A DNA stretch of 64,000 nucleotides, from sequence record ON529851.1; one strand, given 5' to 3'. Shown piece after piece: positions 53,737-62,623 of the stretch (its first letter is position 1; each line of letters opens with the position of its first letter). The translations under genes and the position numbers were made by a program. The notes beneath the pieces are model-generated. The model did no database searches and was not told where the DNA came from. It worked only from the letters and a program-made list of their open reading frames with translations.

Positions 53737-54344
53737 CAGTCGTTCCCGTAGGGGTGGATGGTGCGCTCGGCGAACCGGTAGGCGTTGTCCTCGGGCAGCA
53801 CGCCCTGGCGCTGGCCGTCGCCGTCGTAGCCGATGCGCTCCTTCAGTCGTTCGGTATAGTGCTTGAGCCAGACGGCGGCCGCGACCTCGGACTTGAATGA
53901 GCGTTCCGTCAGGCGGCCGTAATGGCAAAGCCAGACCGCGTGAAAATCTGGCGGCGGGCTGGAGACGTAGGACCTGCGCTCGGGCGAGCCCGGCGCGCCC
54001 ACCACGTAAGAGCGGCGTTCCGTTCCTTCGGCTTCCGTGTAAATGGAGCGCTCGGTGATGACGAAGTCAGGGTATTCCTCGCCGGTCGCGCGCGCGATCA
54101 CATACTCCGGAAACTGCGCGGCGAAGGCCGCCTTGCGCTCGGCCTCGATCGCGTCATAGGCGTCCCAGAGCGGAGCCCATAGCCGGTCGTTCTCGGCCAT
54201 CTTGGCGTACTCACGCTCGTTCGCTCGCCGGTTGTATTCTTCCCAGGATACGGGGTTACGCCCAGGCCAAATGAGCCACATCAGGAAGACGCACAGGGCT
54301 AACACCAGCAAGGCGCCGAGGATATAGCAGGTGTAGTCGGGCAT
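53736..54344 (-). CDS. Single-TM protein
   Basis: MPDYTCYILGALLVLALCVFLMWLIW; AGGAGG RBS. Confidence 0.75.
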   Translation of the reverse strand: MPDYTCYILGALLVLALCVFLMWLIWPGRNPVSWEEYNRRANEREYAKMAENDRLWAPLWDAYDAIEAERKAAFAAQFPEYVIARATGEEYPDFVITERSIYTEAEGTERRSYVVGAPGSPERRSYVSSPPPDFHAVWLCHYGRLTERSFKSEVAAAVWLKHYTERLKERIGYDGDGQRQGVLPEDNAYRFAERTIHPYGND

Positions 54345-54397
54345 GAGGTCCTCCTGGGTTGTCGTCGAGGATCGTGTAAAGGAATGATCTGCGTTAG

Positions 54398-54739
54398 TCA
54401 AGCCGCCAGAGCGGCGATGGTCAAGGCGACCGCCGCCAGCGTGATCATCTTGCCCGATCCCCTGATCAGGCTGTCGCCATAGGAGAGCGAGGCCGGGTCG
54501 CCCCAACTCCGGCGCTCCCGCCCCGCGAGCGTCATCATGCCCGCGAACAGGGCGAGGAAGCCTGCGGTCGCCAGGAAGGTCAGGACGACCCACCCCACCG
54601 ACAGCGGGAAGAAGGCGAACATGCCCCAGACCAGAAATAGGCCCAAGGTGAATCCGCCTTCGATGTCCCGGTGCAGGGGTTCGTAGTCGGCGGCCGCCAT
54701 GCGGGCCGAGGCGAGACGCAGGTGCGTTTCATGATTCAT
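54398..54739 (-). CDS. Multi-TM protein
   Basis: Hydrophobic; AAGGAG RBS. Confidence 0.7.
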   Translation of the reverse strand: MNHETHLRLASARMAAADYEPLHRDIEGGFTLGLFLVWGMFAFFPLSVGWVVLTFLATAGFLALFAGMMTLAGRERRSWGDPASLSYGDSLIRGSGKMITLAAVALTIAALAA

Positions 54740-55263
54740 GGGAGGGGCTCCTTCAAGGCGGCGAGCACCGCCGCGACCGCGACGGGGTTCATGGTGAGCG
54801 GCTCGCCTTCGCCGCGCAGGCGGGCGGTCCAGTAGGCGTCCTGTTCCCGGACATGGGCGCCCCAGTCCCGGACGTGTTGATCCGGCTGGGCCGGTAAGAC
54901 AGCGGTTCCGGCGCGGATGTCGCAGATCACGCCGAACTGCTCCAGGCAGAAGGTCTCGGCCATCTGGATGGCTTGTTCCGTCGCGGGGCCTTCGGCGGCC
55001 TCGTAGAGGATCATGGCGTGCCACAGGGTCTCCTGCCCGACGGCGAAGGTCTGGCGGACATCTTCACTGATCTCGGCGCCGACGATCTGCATCACCCCCG
55101 CGTGGAATCCGCACATGAAGTCGAAGGCAGCCCGACGTCCGGCATCATCGGCCGCATCCGCCACCGCGTAGATGCGCTCCAGAGCGTCCAGCACCAGGGC
55201 GTCTTCAGTCCCGCGCTGGCAGGCGTAGGCGAACGTGGTGAGGTCGTCGGCGCGCTGGGTCAT
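54736..55263 (-). CDS. Hypothetical protein
   Basis: Coupled ORF. Confidence 0.75.
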   Translation of the reverse strand: MTQRADDLTTFAYACQRGTEDALVLDALERIYAVADAADDAGRRAAFDFMCGFHAGVMQIVGAEISEDVRQTFAVGQETLWHAMILYEAAEGPATEQAIQMAETFCLEQFGVICDIRAGTAVLPAQPDQHVRDWGAHVREQDAYWTARLRGEGEPLTMNPVAVAAVLAALKEPLP

Positions 55264-55562
55264 CCCTCAGGCATGTCCATGGCGGGGCTATCGCGCAGGA
55301 TGCCGTAGGCCTCGGCGTCCGACAGGTTGCTGTCGAGTAGCTGTTGGGCCATCCAGTGGCGGGTGGCGGAGATCGGGTGCGGTCCATCGGCGGCGCGGTT
55401 CAACGACAGGACCTTGACGGCCTCTTCGATCGTCAGGGCGTCCACCAGAGCCGCCGACGGAGTCGGCCCGCCGATGGTGGTCTGGAACAGCCTCTGGTCG
55501 ACCACGCGCAGGGTCGAGGCCATGGCGCGCAGACGGTTCAACAGGGAGGGGGCGTCGGTCAT
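55260..55562 (-). CDS. Hypothetical protein
   Basis: Coupled ORF. Confidence 0.75.
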   Translation of the reverse strand: MTDAPSLLNRLRAMASTLRVVDQRLFQTTIGGPTPSAALVDALTIEEAVKVLSLNRAADGPHPISATRHWMAQQLLDSNLSDAEAYGILRDSPAMDMPEG

Positions 55563-55972
55563 GAGGACCCTTTCAGTTCGGGTGGAAGTTCAAACAGGCG
55601 GCGCTCGCCGGCCCGGTCGCGCCAGGCGTTGATCATCGCGATGGAGGCGGCGTATCCGGTGATCTCGGCGTCCATCGACGGGGTCAGCTTGAAGGCGGCG
55701 CGCAGGGCCTGCGCCCTGGGGTCTTCCCGCATCTGCATCAGGTGCTTGGACAGCACCTTCAAGGGATGGGGCCGGAACAGCAGGATGTCGAGGATGATCG
55801 ACAGGTTCGACCGCCCCGCCTGGTTCATGACCGTATCGTGGATGGCGGTGTTCACAGCGGCGGCGCCCATCCCCGGATTGACGCCGAAGGCTCGACAGAC
55901 AGGCGCGGCGATCTCAGGGTTCGCCAGCAGGTAGCGCACCAGGACGTTCACCGCGTCAGGACGACCGCTCAC
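55559..55972 (-). CDS. Hypothetical protein
   Basis: Coupled ORF. Confidence 0.75.
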   Translation of the reverse strand: MSGRPDAVNVLVRYLLANPEIAAPVCRAFGVNPGMGAAAVNTAIHDTVMNQAGRSNLSIILDILLFRPHPLKVLSKHLMQMREDPRAQALRAAFKLTPSMDAEITGYAASIAMINAWRDRAGERRLFELPPELKGSS

Positions 55973-56301
55973 GCGTCGTCCCGGTAGGCGGCGAAGAGGC
56001 GCTGCGCCTCGGCGGCCCGCTTCAGGCGCCCGGTGATGCCGGACTGGATGACCTGCTCACAGTAGGCCTTGGCGGCGTCCGCCGTCTCGAAGCCCAGCTT
56101 GCCGTTGTTGTTGACCAGCGCGCCCCACTTATGCGTCTCGAAGTCGAAGCCGATGTTCACACGCGCCTCGTAGTCGCCGTGGATCAGCTTCCAGACGGGC
56201 TCGCCGTTGTTCTCGCCGGCGTTGCGCCACGACATGGTGCGGTCGCCGACCGGCTCGGGGGTGAAGCGCTCCTGGGCCAGCGGATTAGGGGCGTCGGTCA
56301 T
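55969..56301 (-). CDS. Hypothetical protein
   Basis: Coupled ORF. Confidence 0.75.
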   Translation of the reverse strand: MTDAPNPLAQERFTPEPVGDRTMSWRNAGENNGEPVWKLIHGDYEARVNIGFDFETHKWGALVNNNGKLGFETADAAKAYCEQVIQSGITGRLKRAAEAQRLFAAYRDDA

Positions 56302-56543
56302 GCGATCTCCTCGAAGTTGATGCGGGCGATGAAATAGCGTTGCGGGACCCGGTCCCAGGCGTCCTTGGTGGTCTTCAGGCGTTCGGTGCGGCGATCGTTC
56401 GCGCTCCTCAGGAAGGCCTGGGCCTCGGCGAGGTCCATAGGAACCGAGACGCTCCAGACCTTTCCGCTCCTCTCGATGCGGACGACGTAAATCTTGTCCT
56501 GCTCAACAGGGGCGGGCGAAACAGATACTGATACAGCAGTCAT
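56298..56543 (-). CDS. Hypothetical protein
   Basis: Start MTAVSV; promoter 56571. Confidence 0.7.
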   Translation of the reverse strand: MTAVSVSVSPAPVEQDKIYVVRIERSGKVWSVSVPMDLAEAQAFLRSANDRRTERLKTTKDAWDRVPQRYFIARINFEEIA

Positions 56544-56659
56544 GGGGTCCCTTCGGTTGATGAGGGTTGGTGTAAAAGAACGATCTGCGTATGTCAACCG
56601 GAATATCACGCTTTGTCAGCCCGAGAGAGTTGACAGACGTCATTCGCCCCTCTAGGAAT

Positions 56660-56819
56660 GCCGTCGTTGGTGGCGCTCCCACCCTCTCCCGAGGCGACGG
56701 TCAGACGGATCAAGAGGGTGACGCGGTAGGAGCCATGACTTTGATGAGGCCTGCCGGATCGCCGGCGTGAACGCAGGCTAGTCCGAGACATGCGGGTTCG
56801 ACTCCCGGCCGCCGGCCCA
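56660..56819 (+). ncRNA. Candidate tRNA-like structured RNA ending in T-arm and CCA
   Basis: CGGG-TTCGACT-CCCG (56793-56807) then CCGCCGG-C-CCA; TTGACA at 56630; no complete cloverleaf. Confidence 0.45.
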
Positions 56820-56837
56820 AATTCACTGGAGGTCCGC

Positions 56838-57284
56838 ATGACCACGATCGCCGAACTGCTGGAGCAGACCCCCGCTCGCATGGACACCGGCATCGAGATG
56901 CTGGTCGGCTCGCGCTACAACCACGTCCAGGAGGTCGAGGACCATCACCTCTACGGACTGATCTATAACGCCGACTTCTGCCCTCGGGTAGAGCAGCACA
57001 TCTTCCACGAGGCGGTCTATGATTACCGGCGGTCCTGGGCCTTGTTCGGGGTCCGGTTCAACGGCGCCTGGGTCATGCTGTGCTCGAACGCCGGCCGCGA
57101 ACTGGACGACTACACCCAACGTCAGGTCCTGGACGCCGAGGCCTATGTCGCCATGATCGCCTACATTCGGTCCGAACTCGTGCGGCACGGCGAGACGCCG
57201 CTGCCCGAGGTCACGCCGCTGGACACGGAAGTCCAGTTCACCTTCTACGGACATGACGTCCGTGAGCCGCACTACCACTTCTAG
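56838..57284 (+). CDS. Hypothetical protein
   Basis: GGAGGT RBS; MTTIAELL. Confidence 0.8.
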   Translation: MTTIAELLEQTPARMDTGIEMLVGSRYNHVQEVEDHHLYGLIYNADFCPRVEQHIFHEAVYDYRRSWALFGVRFNGAWVMLCSNAGRELDDYTQRQVLDAEAYVAMIAYIRSELVRHGETPLPEVTPLDTEVQFTFYGHDVREPHYHF

Positions 57285-57291
57285 GAGCCCC

Positions 57292-57783
57292 ATGAACTTC
57301 GCCGACCTCAAGAACCTGCTGGCCCGACACGGCTTCGGCAACATCACCGCGATCAACCATGTCGCGGGATCACTGCGCGAGGCCGGGCTGATCCAGGCCG
57401 GCACGAAGACGCCCATGACGGCCGAGGACGCCGTGGCGATGATCCTGGGGATGTCGTGCCGGGGGACGGTGCGCGAGAAGTTCCACAACGTGGAGGCGCT
57501 GCTGGCGATGCGGGGCATCAACACTGAGGGCGACAACACCTTCGGCGCCTACCTGGCGGCCCTGCTGCACAATTATCAGCCGGACCAACACCGCTACAGC
57601 CTGACGCTGTCGCCAGACCGCCCCGCCGCCACCATCCGCGCTTTCGACACCTATCTGGGCGAAGGCGTCTCCGTCCCCTGGGGCAAAGCGGTCACCATCA
57701 CCTCGCCCCTGGAGCCGGTGATCTGGTCAGTGGCGATCTATCACGAGGTCCTGCATGACGTCGCCCTGGCGTTGCGCGCATGA
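57292..57783 (+). CDS. Hypothetical protein
   Basis: AGGAG RBS; MNFADLK. Confidence 0.75.
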   Translation: MNFADLKNLLARHGFGNITAINHVAGSLREAGLIQAGTKTPMTAEDAVAMILGMSCRGTVREKFHNVEALLAMRGINTEGDNTFGAYLAALLHNYQPDQHRYSLTLSPDRPAATIRAFDTYLGEGVSVPWGKAVTITSPLEPVIWSVAIYHEVLHDVALALRA

Positions 57784-57965
57784 GCCCCGCCGACAAGGCT
57801 GACAAGGTCCGCCGGGCTCTTCTGATGATCGCCCAGGAGGTTGACGCCGACCACGCCGCGCGGATTGTCACGGCCCTGGATGAGAGCCCAGAAGACACCC
57901 TGGCGCGGTTCTTCGACATCGTCATGCATGGCCGCGACCCCCAGGCCTGCACCACCGCCAGCTAA
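57780..57965 (+). CDS. Hypothetical protein
   Basis: ATGA coupling. Confidence 0.7.
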   Translation: MSPADKADKVRRALLMIAQEVDADHAARIVTALDESPEDTLARFFDIVMHGRDPQACTTAS

Positions 57966-58024
57966 CAAAAAAGGCCCTGCCCGTTCCCAGGTCAGGGCCT
58001 CTATTAGCAGTCGAGCCGCCTATA

Positions 58025-58648
58025 TTAGACGCCGTAGCCCGGCTCAAGCGCGCGACGCATGTTCTGACGCGCCTGAACTTCCAGCGGCTTGAACTGCTCC
58101 GTGAAGAAGATCGATGGCTGCTCCAGGGTGTGCTGGAGGAAGGCGCGACGCCCCTTCTCGTAGGCGGCCGGGTCCAGACCGCCCGACAGGAACTCCAGCT
58201 TCAGGTTCTCGCTGTTGCGGTCGTACTCGACGGGATCGGCCGCCAGCGGCGCCATGTCGAGGTCGACCATGTGGCGGATCATGTGCCGCACCGACGGGTC
58301 GTTATGCTGGAACTCGTCCGGGTTGTGATGGATCGTGACCAGGATCAGCGCCTCGGCGATCTCAGGCTGGACGAACAACCCCTTCGCGCGCCACGCCTCC
58401 AGGCTCTGGCGTTCGTTCCAGCCCTTCTCGCGGCCGATCTGGTAGACGCAGTCGTGCGCAGCCACGGCGGTGCGGAAGATCACCTCCAGGTGATCCGGGA
58501 AGTAGGGCTTGCGGTAGCCGAGGACGCGCAGACCGCGCGTGGCGCCGCTGTCGTGCATCTCCAGCATCTCCAGGACGTGGAAGACGCTGTGGTAGCGGCG
58601 GTGCGGCTCGTCGTAGAGGCGCAGGAGTTCGAGTTGGGTGAGATTCAT
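58025..58648 (-). CDS. HD-superfamily metal-dependent phosphohydrolase (COG4339-like)
   Basis: YDEPHRRYHS..H, AHDCVY, DLDM, Y.KGRRAFL, EVQARQN. Confidence 0.8.
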   Translation of the reverse strand: MNLTQLELLRLYDEPHRRYHSVFHVLEMLEMHDSGATRGLRVLGYRKPYFPDHLEVIFRTAVAAHDCVYQIGREKGWNERQSLEAWRAKGLFVQPEIAEALILVTIHHNPDEFQHNDPSVRHMIRHMVDLDMAPLAADPVEYDRNSENLKLEFLSGGLDPAAYEKGRRAFLQHTLEQPSIFFTEQFKPLEVQARQNMRRALEPGYGV

Positions 58649-58660
58649 GGGGGCCTGCGG

Positions 58661-58894
58661 TTACCGGTTGAGCGAGAGGCGTCCCGCATGGAACGCCCGG
58701 ATCGGGTTGAGCCCGTCGTCCAGCGGCTGGAACGCCTTCCACAGGTCGTTGCGCCAGGGCTTGGTCAGAGCGAGGATGCGGTCGCGTTCGGCGCCCTCCA
58801 GCACTTCACCGGTGTCGGGATCGACGACATAGAAGTCGTGTGTCATCAGCCGGCGGAAGGCGTCGCACATCTGTTCGGAGGGGTTGGACCGCAT
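58661..58894 (-). CDS. Hypothetical protein
   Basis: Own TTGACA at 58928-58923. Confidence 0.7.
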   Translation of the reverse strand: MRSNPSEQMCDAFRRLMTHDFYVVDPDTGEVLEGAERDRILALTKPWRNDLWKAFQPLDDGLNPIRAFHAGRLSLNR

Positions 58895-58943
58895 AGCTTC
58901 ACCTTGCGCATGCCGCCGCGAATGTCAAGGATACCGACAATGC

Positions 58944-59155
58944 AAAACGCCCCCGGCGAACCGGGGGCGTCAGGGTGGCGTAGAACAAACGACACGATCC
59001 GAAAAGGGTCCGGGCTCCACTCCCCCGTTAGCTGTTCGGTCGGCTCACCGTAAGGCCCGACGGTGATCGTCGCCGGGTTGCAGTCCCACCCCCGGCTGGC
59101 TTGGCTTAATCCGGGGACCGAGGTCCCTAGTTGCTGCGCCGCTATGCCTGTGCAT
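58944..59155 (-). ncRNA. Structured ORF-poor segment ending in a terminator (sRNA or long 3' UTR)
   Basis: Hairpins 59114-59127, 59072-59096, 59045-59066; terminator 58944-58970. Confidence 0.4.
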
Positions 59156-59177
59156 GGTGCCTGAATAGGCGTAAAAG

Positions 59178-59387
59178 TCAAGCTTTCGGCGCCGCCTTGC
59201 GCATCCTGGCCGCCAGAGGATCGTCGGCGCCGCGAGGCTCGGCGCCGTCCGGCAGCACGCTATAGGCGACGAACGGGTTGTGCCGGTGCGCGCCGACCTT
59301 GATCATCGATAGCACGGTCTTCTCGCGCAGGATCAGGTAGCGAGGCTCGTCCCGGAACCAGACCTCAAAGCGCCGGCGTTTCGACAT
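59178..59387 (-). CDS. Small basic protein
   Basis: Coupled ORF. Confidence 0.7.
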   Translation of the reverse strand: MSKRRRFEVWFRDEPRYLILREKTVLSMIKVGAHRHNPFVAYSVLPDGAEPRGADDPLAARMRKAAPKA

Positions 59388-59572
59388 CAGTCGGGGAACA
59401 TCGCCGCGCGCTGTTCCGGCGTCAGGCGCGGGCTCGGCAGGCGTGTCCGTAGACGTGTGGCGATCCGCCGGGCCAGGTCATAGTCGGCCTCCTCCAGGAA
59501 CTCCGGGGTCACGTCTTCCAGCGCGTTGAACCACTGGCGCAGCAGGTCGATCTCTTCATCGCTGAAAATCAC
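59387..59572 (-). CDS. Hypothetical protein
   Basis: GTGA coupling; MIFSDEEID. Confidence 0.65.
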   Translation of the reverse strand: MIFSDEEIDLLRQWFNALEDVTPEFLEEADYDLARRIATRLRTRLPSPRLTPEQRAAMFPD

Positions 59573-60093
59573 AGCTTCACAATCCCCTCGCAGGTGCGGG
59601 TGTAATAGAGCGCGCCCTGGACGGCCGGGTGCTGGTAGTAGGAGAAGCCGCAGCGGCAGACGACGTCGCCGCCGGCGCGCGGCACGCCGACCTCGTCGAT
59701 GAAGAGGCGGTCCGCCTCGGCCAGGAGGGCGGGCGCGTTGCCGTGGTGATCGTAGCCCAGGCTCTCGCGCATGGTGTCGGGGATGCCGAACAGGCGCTTG
59801 TCGCGCCGAGCCTCGATCTCCTTGCACAGGTCGCTGTAGGCTTTGATGATCCACAGCGACGCGTCGCGTTGGGCGCTCGGGTCGCCCTCGTAGTAGGCGA
59901 TGACTGGGTTCATCTCGTTGAGGTAAACAGTCCATCCCGGCCCTTTCGCCTTGGTCCCCTCTACCTGGACGCCGTAGATGTCCCCTTGATACCTGCGCAG
60001 GACGGTCCTCAACAGGTCCCCGCCGGACCCAGGCTCCATCTCCACCACGCCTTCCGGCAGGAACTTCGCCCGCCGCTCGCGCGCTGTCGTCAT
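59569..60093 (-). CDS. Hypothetical protein with C-terminal CRC..H...C motif
   Basis: Coupled ORF. Confidence 0.75.
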   Translation of the reverse strand: MTTARERRAKFLPEGVVEMEPGSGGDLLRTVLRRYQGDIYGVQVEGTKAKGPGWTVYLNEMNPVIAYYEGDPSAQRDASLWIIKAYSDLCKEIEARRDKRLFGIPDTMRESLGYDHHGNAPALLAEADRLFIDEVGVPRAGGDVVCRCGFSYYQHPAVQGALYYTRTCEGIVKL

Positions 60094-60287
60094 CCGTATC
60101 GTCCTTCATCTTCACGCCGACGCGGCATGTCATGATCTTCGCGGCGGTCCTCGAAGACCTCGATCGCCCGCGTCAGGCGCTCTCGCACATGATGCCGCCG
60201 CGCGTCTTTCCTGATCTTCGGCAGTTCCGCCAGCGCCAGGCGCAGGGCGTCCTCGATCATGTCGCCGTAGTCGTCGTCGATGATCAC
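60090..60287 (-). CDS. Hypothetical protein
   Basis: Coupled ORF. Confidence 0.7.
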   Translation of the reverse strand: MIIDDDYGDMIEDALRLALAELPKIRKDARRHHVRERLTRAIEVFEDRREDHDMPRRREDEGRYG

Positions 60288-60538
60288 GCGGGGGCCGCCT
60301 TCGGCAGCGAATCCACGATGACGTGCCCCGCGACGTCGAGCCGCAGGCCTTGGCCGTCCCCCGCGAACTCGCCCGCCAACTGCCGGGCCGCGCCGGACGG
60401 ATCAGGCTTGTGCCAGACCTGCCAGCCGCCGGCACGGGTGCAGGTAACCGCGACATTGTAGGGCAGGTCGAAGATCGACGTGCGCTCCATGTCCTCGGTC
60501 GTCAGGTGCAGGTCGTGATAGGAGGGCGCCTCGCTCAC
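60284..60538 (-). CDS. Hypothetical protein
   Basis: Coupled ORF. Confidence 0.7.
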   Translation of the reverse strand: MSEAPSYHDLHLTTEDMERTSIFDLPYNVAVTCTRAGGWQVWHKPDPSGAARQLAGEFAGDGQGLRLDVAGHVIVDSLPKAAPA

Positions 60539-60837
60539 CGCTTGACCTCGAACGTCTTGCCGTTGGGACTATGGAGGATTTCGCCGTACAGCGGCACGAC
60601 GTCGAACACCTCGGTCGAGCCGTCGGCCCAGCCCTTCAATCCTCGCAGGTCCCGCTCCCGGAGCAGACGCAGATGCGCCTCGCCGGCCTCGAAGGAGGTG
60701 AAGATGGTCGCTCGGGTCGGCGCCCGGTTCCACATGGGCGGCGTCTCGTAATAGACTACGCGGACAACGCCGTCGGGCGACGTCTTGGTCGACCGCAGGA
60801 CCCAGCAGTGCTCTTCCAGCAGGGTGATCTTGCTCAT
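60535..60837 (-). CDS. Hypothetical protein
   Basis: Coupled ORF. Confidence 0.7.
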   Translation of the reverse strand: MSKITLLEEHCWVLRSTKTSPDGVVRVVYYETPPMWNRAPTRATIFTSFEAGEAHLRLLRERDLRGLKGWADGSTEVFDVVPLYGEILHSPNGKTFEVKR

Positions 60838-60922
60838 GCCTGACCACCCAGGAGGAAGCGCAGGTTGCCCAGCGGGTCGAAGAAGCCGCGCCAGCCGGCG
60901 CCGAGGTGACGCAAGACGAACG

Positions 60923-61234
60923 TCACAGTCCGGCCGCCTTGCGCGCCGCCTTGATGTCGCCGATGCGCACCGAGACGTTGTTGAGCACGATCCGGTCGTC
61001 GTCCTCCAGGCCGCGCCACTTGCCGTCGCTCGGCGCGCCGTAGTAGTCGGCCGCCTTGCGGGCGACCGCGTCCAGGGCGCTGATCCGCACGAACGCCGCG
61101 CTCAGCAGATCGCGGGCGTGTCCGCCCAGGCCGTGCGGGGTCAGGGCGTCGGTCGCATCCAGCGCCAGCAGGGCGCCGATGCTGCCCAGAAGGTTGGCGT
61201 TGTCGCCCCGGAAGGTGTCGGTGATCTCGGTCAT
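60923..61234 (-). CDS. Hypothetical protein
   Basis: AGGA RBS. Confidence 0.75.
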   Translation of the reverse strand: MTEITDTFRGDNANLLGSIGALLALDATDALTPHGLGGHARDLLSAAFVRISALDAVARKAADYYGAPSDGKWRGLEDDDRIVLNNVSVRIGDIKAARKAAGL

Positions 61235-61237
61235 GGT

Positions 61238-61669
61238 CTATCCTATGCGGAAGACGATGCGCTCGACGCCCATCGCCTGCATCTGGTGGAGGTCGGTAAA
61301 GAAGTCGTCGCCCAGGTGCTCCCGGACCGTCATGATCTGACCGCCTTCACGGAGATTGGTGAAGGTCTGATCGTAGTCAAACGCCAGCAATTCTGTCAAC
61401 GTCAGCCAGGATTTTACACCATCCCCCAGGTCGTAGGCGTCCGCCCAGGCCGTCCACTCGCCGAAACGGCCCATCTCGTAGGGAGGCTCCGCCGGCCAGT
61501 CGCTCGGAAGGTAGCGCGCCTCGGTGATAAAGGGCGCTTCGGCGTAGTTGCGCTGGTTGGCGAGAACGCCGTAAATGGCGTAGCTGGTCCATTCAGGCGT
61601 GAACCCGACCGGCTCCCACAGGCCTGCGCCGTTGCGTCGCTGCGCGATCAGTTTGATGAAAGCGCTCAT
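61238..61669 (-). CDS. Phage hypothetical protein
   Basis: YAIYGVLANQRN, SWLTLTELL, RIVF motifs. Confidence 0.75.
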   Translation of the reverse strand: MSAFIKLIAQRRNGAGLWEPVGFTPEWTSYAIYGVLANQRNYAEAPFITEARYLPSDWPAEPPYEMGRFGEWTAWADAYDLGDGVKSWLTLTELLAFDYDQTFTNLREGGQIMTVREHLGDDFFTDLHQMQAMGVERIVFRIG

Positions 61670-61989
61670 GACGACAGGCTCGCAAGAGCCTCTCGCGCCT
61701 TCCCGTACTCGATCTCCAGGAGCCCGGCGATGTGCGTCTCAGGGTCGTATTGATGGGCGAAGTCCGGGTGGAACCAGAACCGGGCGTGGTCCGAAATCCC
61801 GTCCGGCTCGCGGTAGGTCCAGAGCCCGCCATGACCCTGCATCAGTCCTTCCGACAGGCTGTAACCAGGGCGTCGCGTGACGCCGTCGAAATGTCCGCCG
61901 TCGATGTATCCGGGCATCGCCGGACCCCCGAACGCCGCATAGATGGTCCGGAACATCAGACGTTCCTGGTTGGTGGCGTAGCGGATCAT
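61666..61989 (-). CDS. Hypothetical protein
   Basis: Coupled ORF. Confidence 0.7.
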   Translation of the reverse strand: MIRYATNQERLMFRTIYAAFGGPAMPGYIDGGHFDGVTRRPGYSLSEGLMQGHGGLWTYREPDGISDHARFWFHPDFAHQYDPETHIAGLLEIEYGKAREALASLSS

Positions 61990-62411
61990 GCGGCGGCCTC
62001 GAACAGGCGTTTCAAATCACGGACCGCGAGGCGCACCCCCCGTCGTGTCCAGACCGGGGTCCCGGCGTGCTCAGCCAGAAGCTGCGTGACCTGAGGGTCC
62101 CACGGCGACAGCCCCGCGTTGAAGGTCCGGAAGAGGTCCCGCTGCGCCTTGAGGAAGGCGGAACCAGGCAGGCCGTATTCCTCGCGCACGAGGCCACACC
62201 AGAAATGCATCATCCGCTGGACGTGTACGAAGTCGGCGCGATAGGCTTTGCGGGGATCGATGCAGCAGCGCCGGCCGTCCCATCCGGTCGCGGCGACCGC
62301 CTCGCGGAACTCGCGCCGAAGCCGCGCTTCGGCCGTGACGATCAACTCGACCTGGAAGGTTTCGACCTGCGCCCGCAGGCGCGCCCAGGTGTCTTCGGAG
62401 ACGGCGGTCAC
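61986..62411 (-). CDS. Hypothetical protein
   Basis: GTGA coupling; MTAVSEDTW. Confidence 0.7.
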   Translation of the reverse strand: MTAVSEDTWARLRAQVETFQVELIVTAEARLRREFREAVAATGWDGRRCCIDPRKAYRADFVHVQRMMHFWCGLVREEYGLPGSAFLKAQRDLFRTFNAGLSPWDPQVTQLLAEHAGTPVWTRRGVRLAVRDLKRLFEAAA

Positions 62412-62623
62412 GACGCTAACCGGACCAGCCAGGCGATTGATCCCGTGACGCCCGCAAGCCCCCCGGCCAACAACACGGTGTAGAGGCCGTAGCGGACCCA
62501 AAGCCCGCAATCCCCACGACCTTCTCCGCCGAAGCGCAAAACGCCGCCCACGCCCACGCAGACCAAACCCGTGAACAGGAGAATCGCGGCGATGCTGTAG
62601 TAAATCACTTCGTTCTGGGTCAT
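62408..62623 (-). CDS. Small two-TM protein
   Basis: GGAGG RBS; hydrophobic. Confidence 0.7.
   Translation of the reverse strand: MTQNEVIYYSIAAILLFTGLVCVGVGGVLRFGGEGRGDCGLWVRYGLYTVLLAGGLAGVTGSIAWLVRLAS

Larger units (their letters stand above)
44901..56597 (-). promoter_or_regulatory. Second promoter family TTGACA-N7-RATCRTTCCTT-TACA (six copies)
   Basis: 44901-44927, 45938-45964, 48639-48665, 50660-50686, 54375-54401, 56571-56597. Confidence 0.8.

Noticed and set aside
56660-56819. tmRNA or a standard tRNA
   Set aside because: Too short for tmRNA, no Ala G3-U70 identity or tag frame, and no anticodon arm in register; kept only as tRNA-like
58990-59155. c-di-GMP or other riboswitch, or tRNA-Cys/Ala
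   Set aside because: Only GGGACTGCAACCC is reminiscent; consensus elements and cloverleaf are missing, and it precedes a terminator rather than a gene
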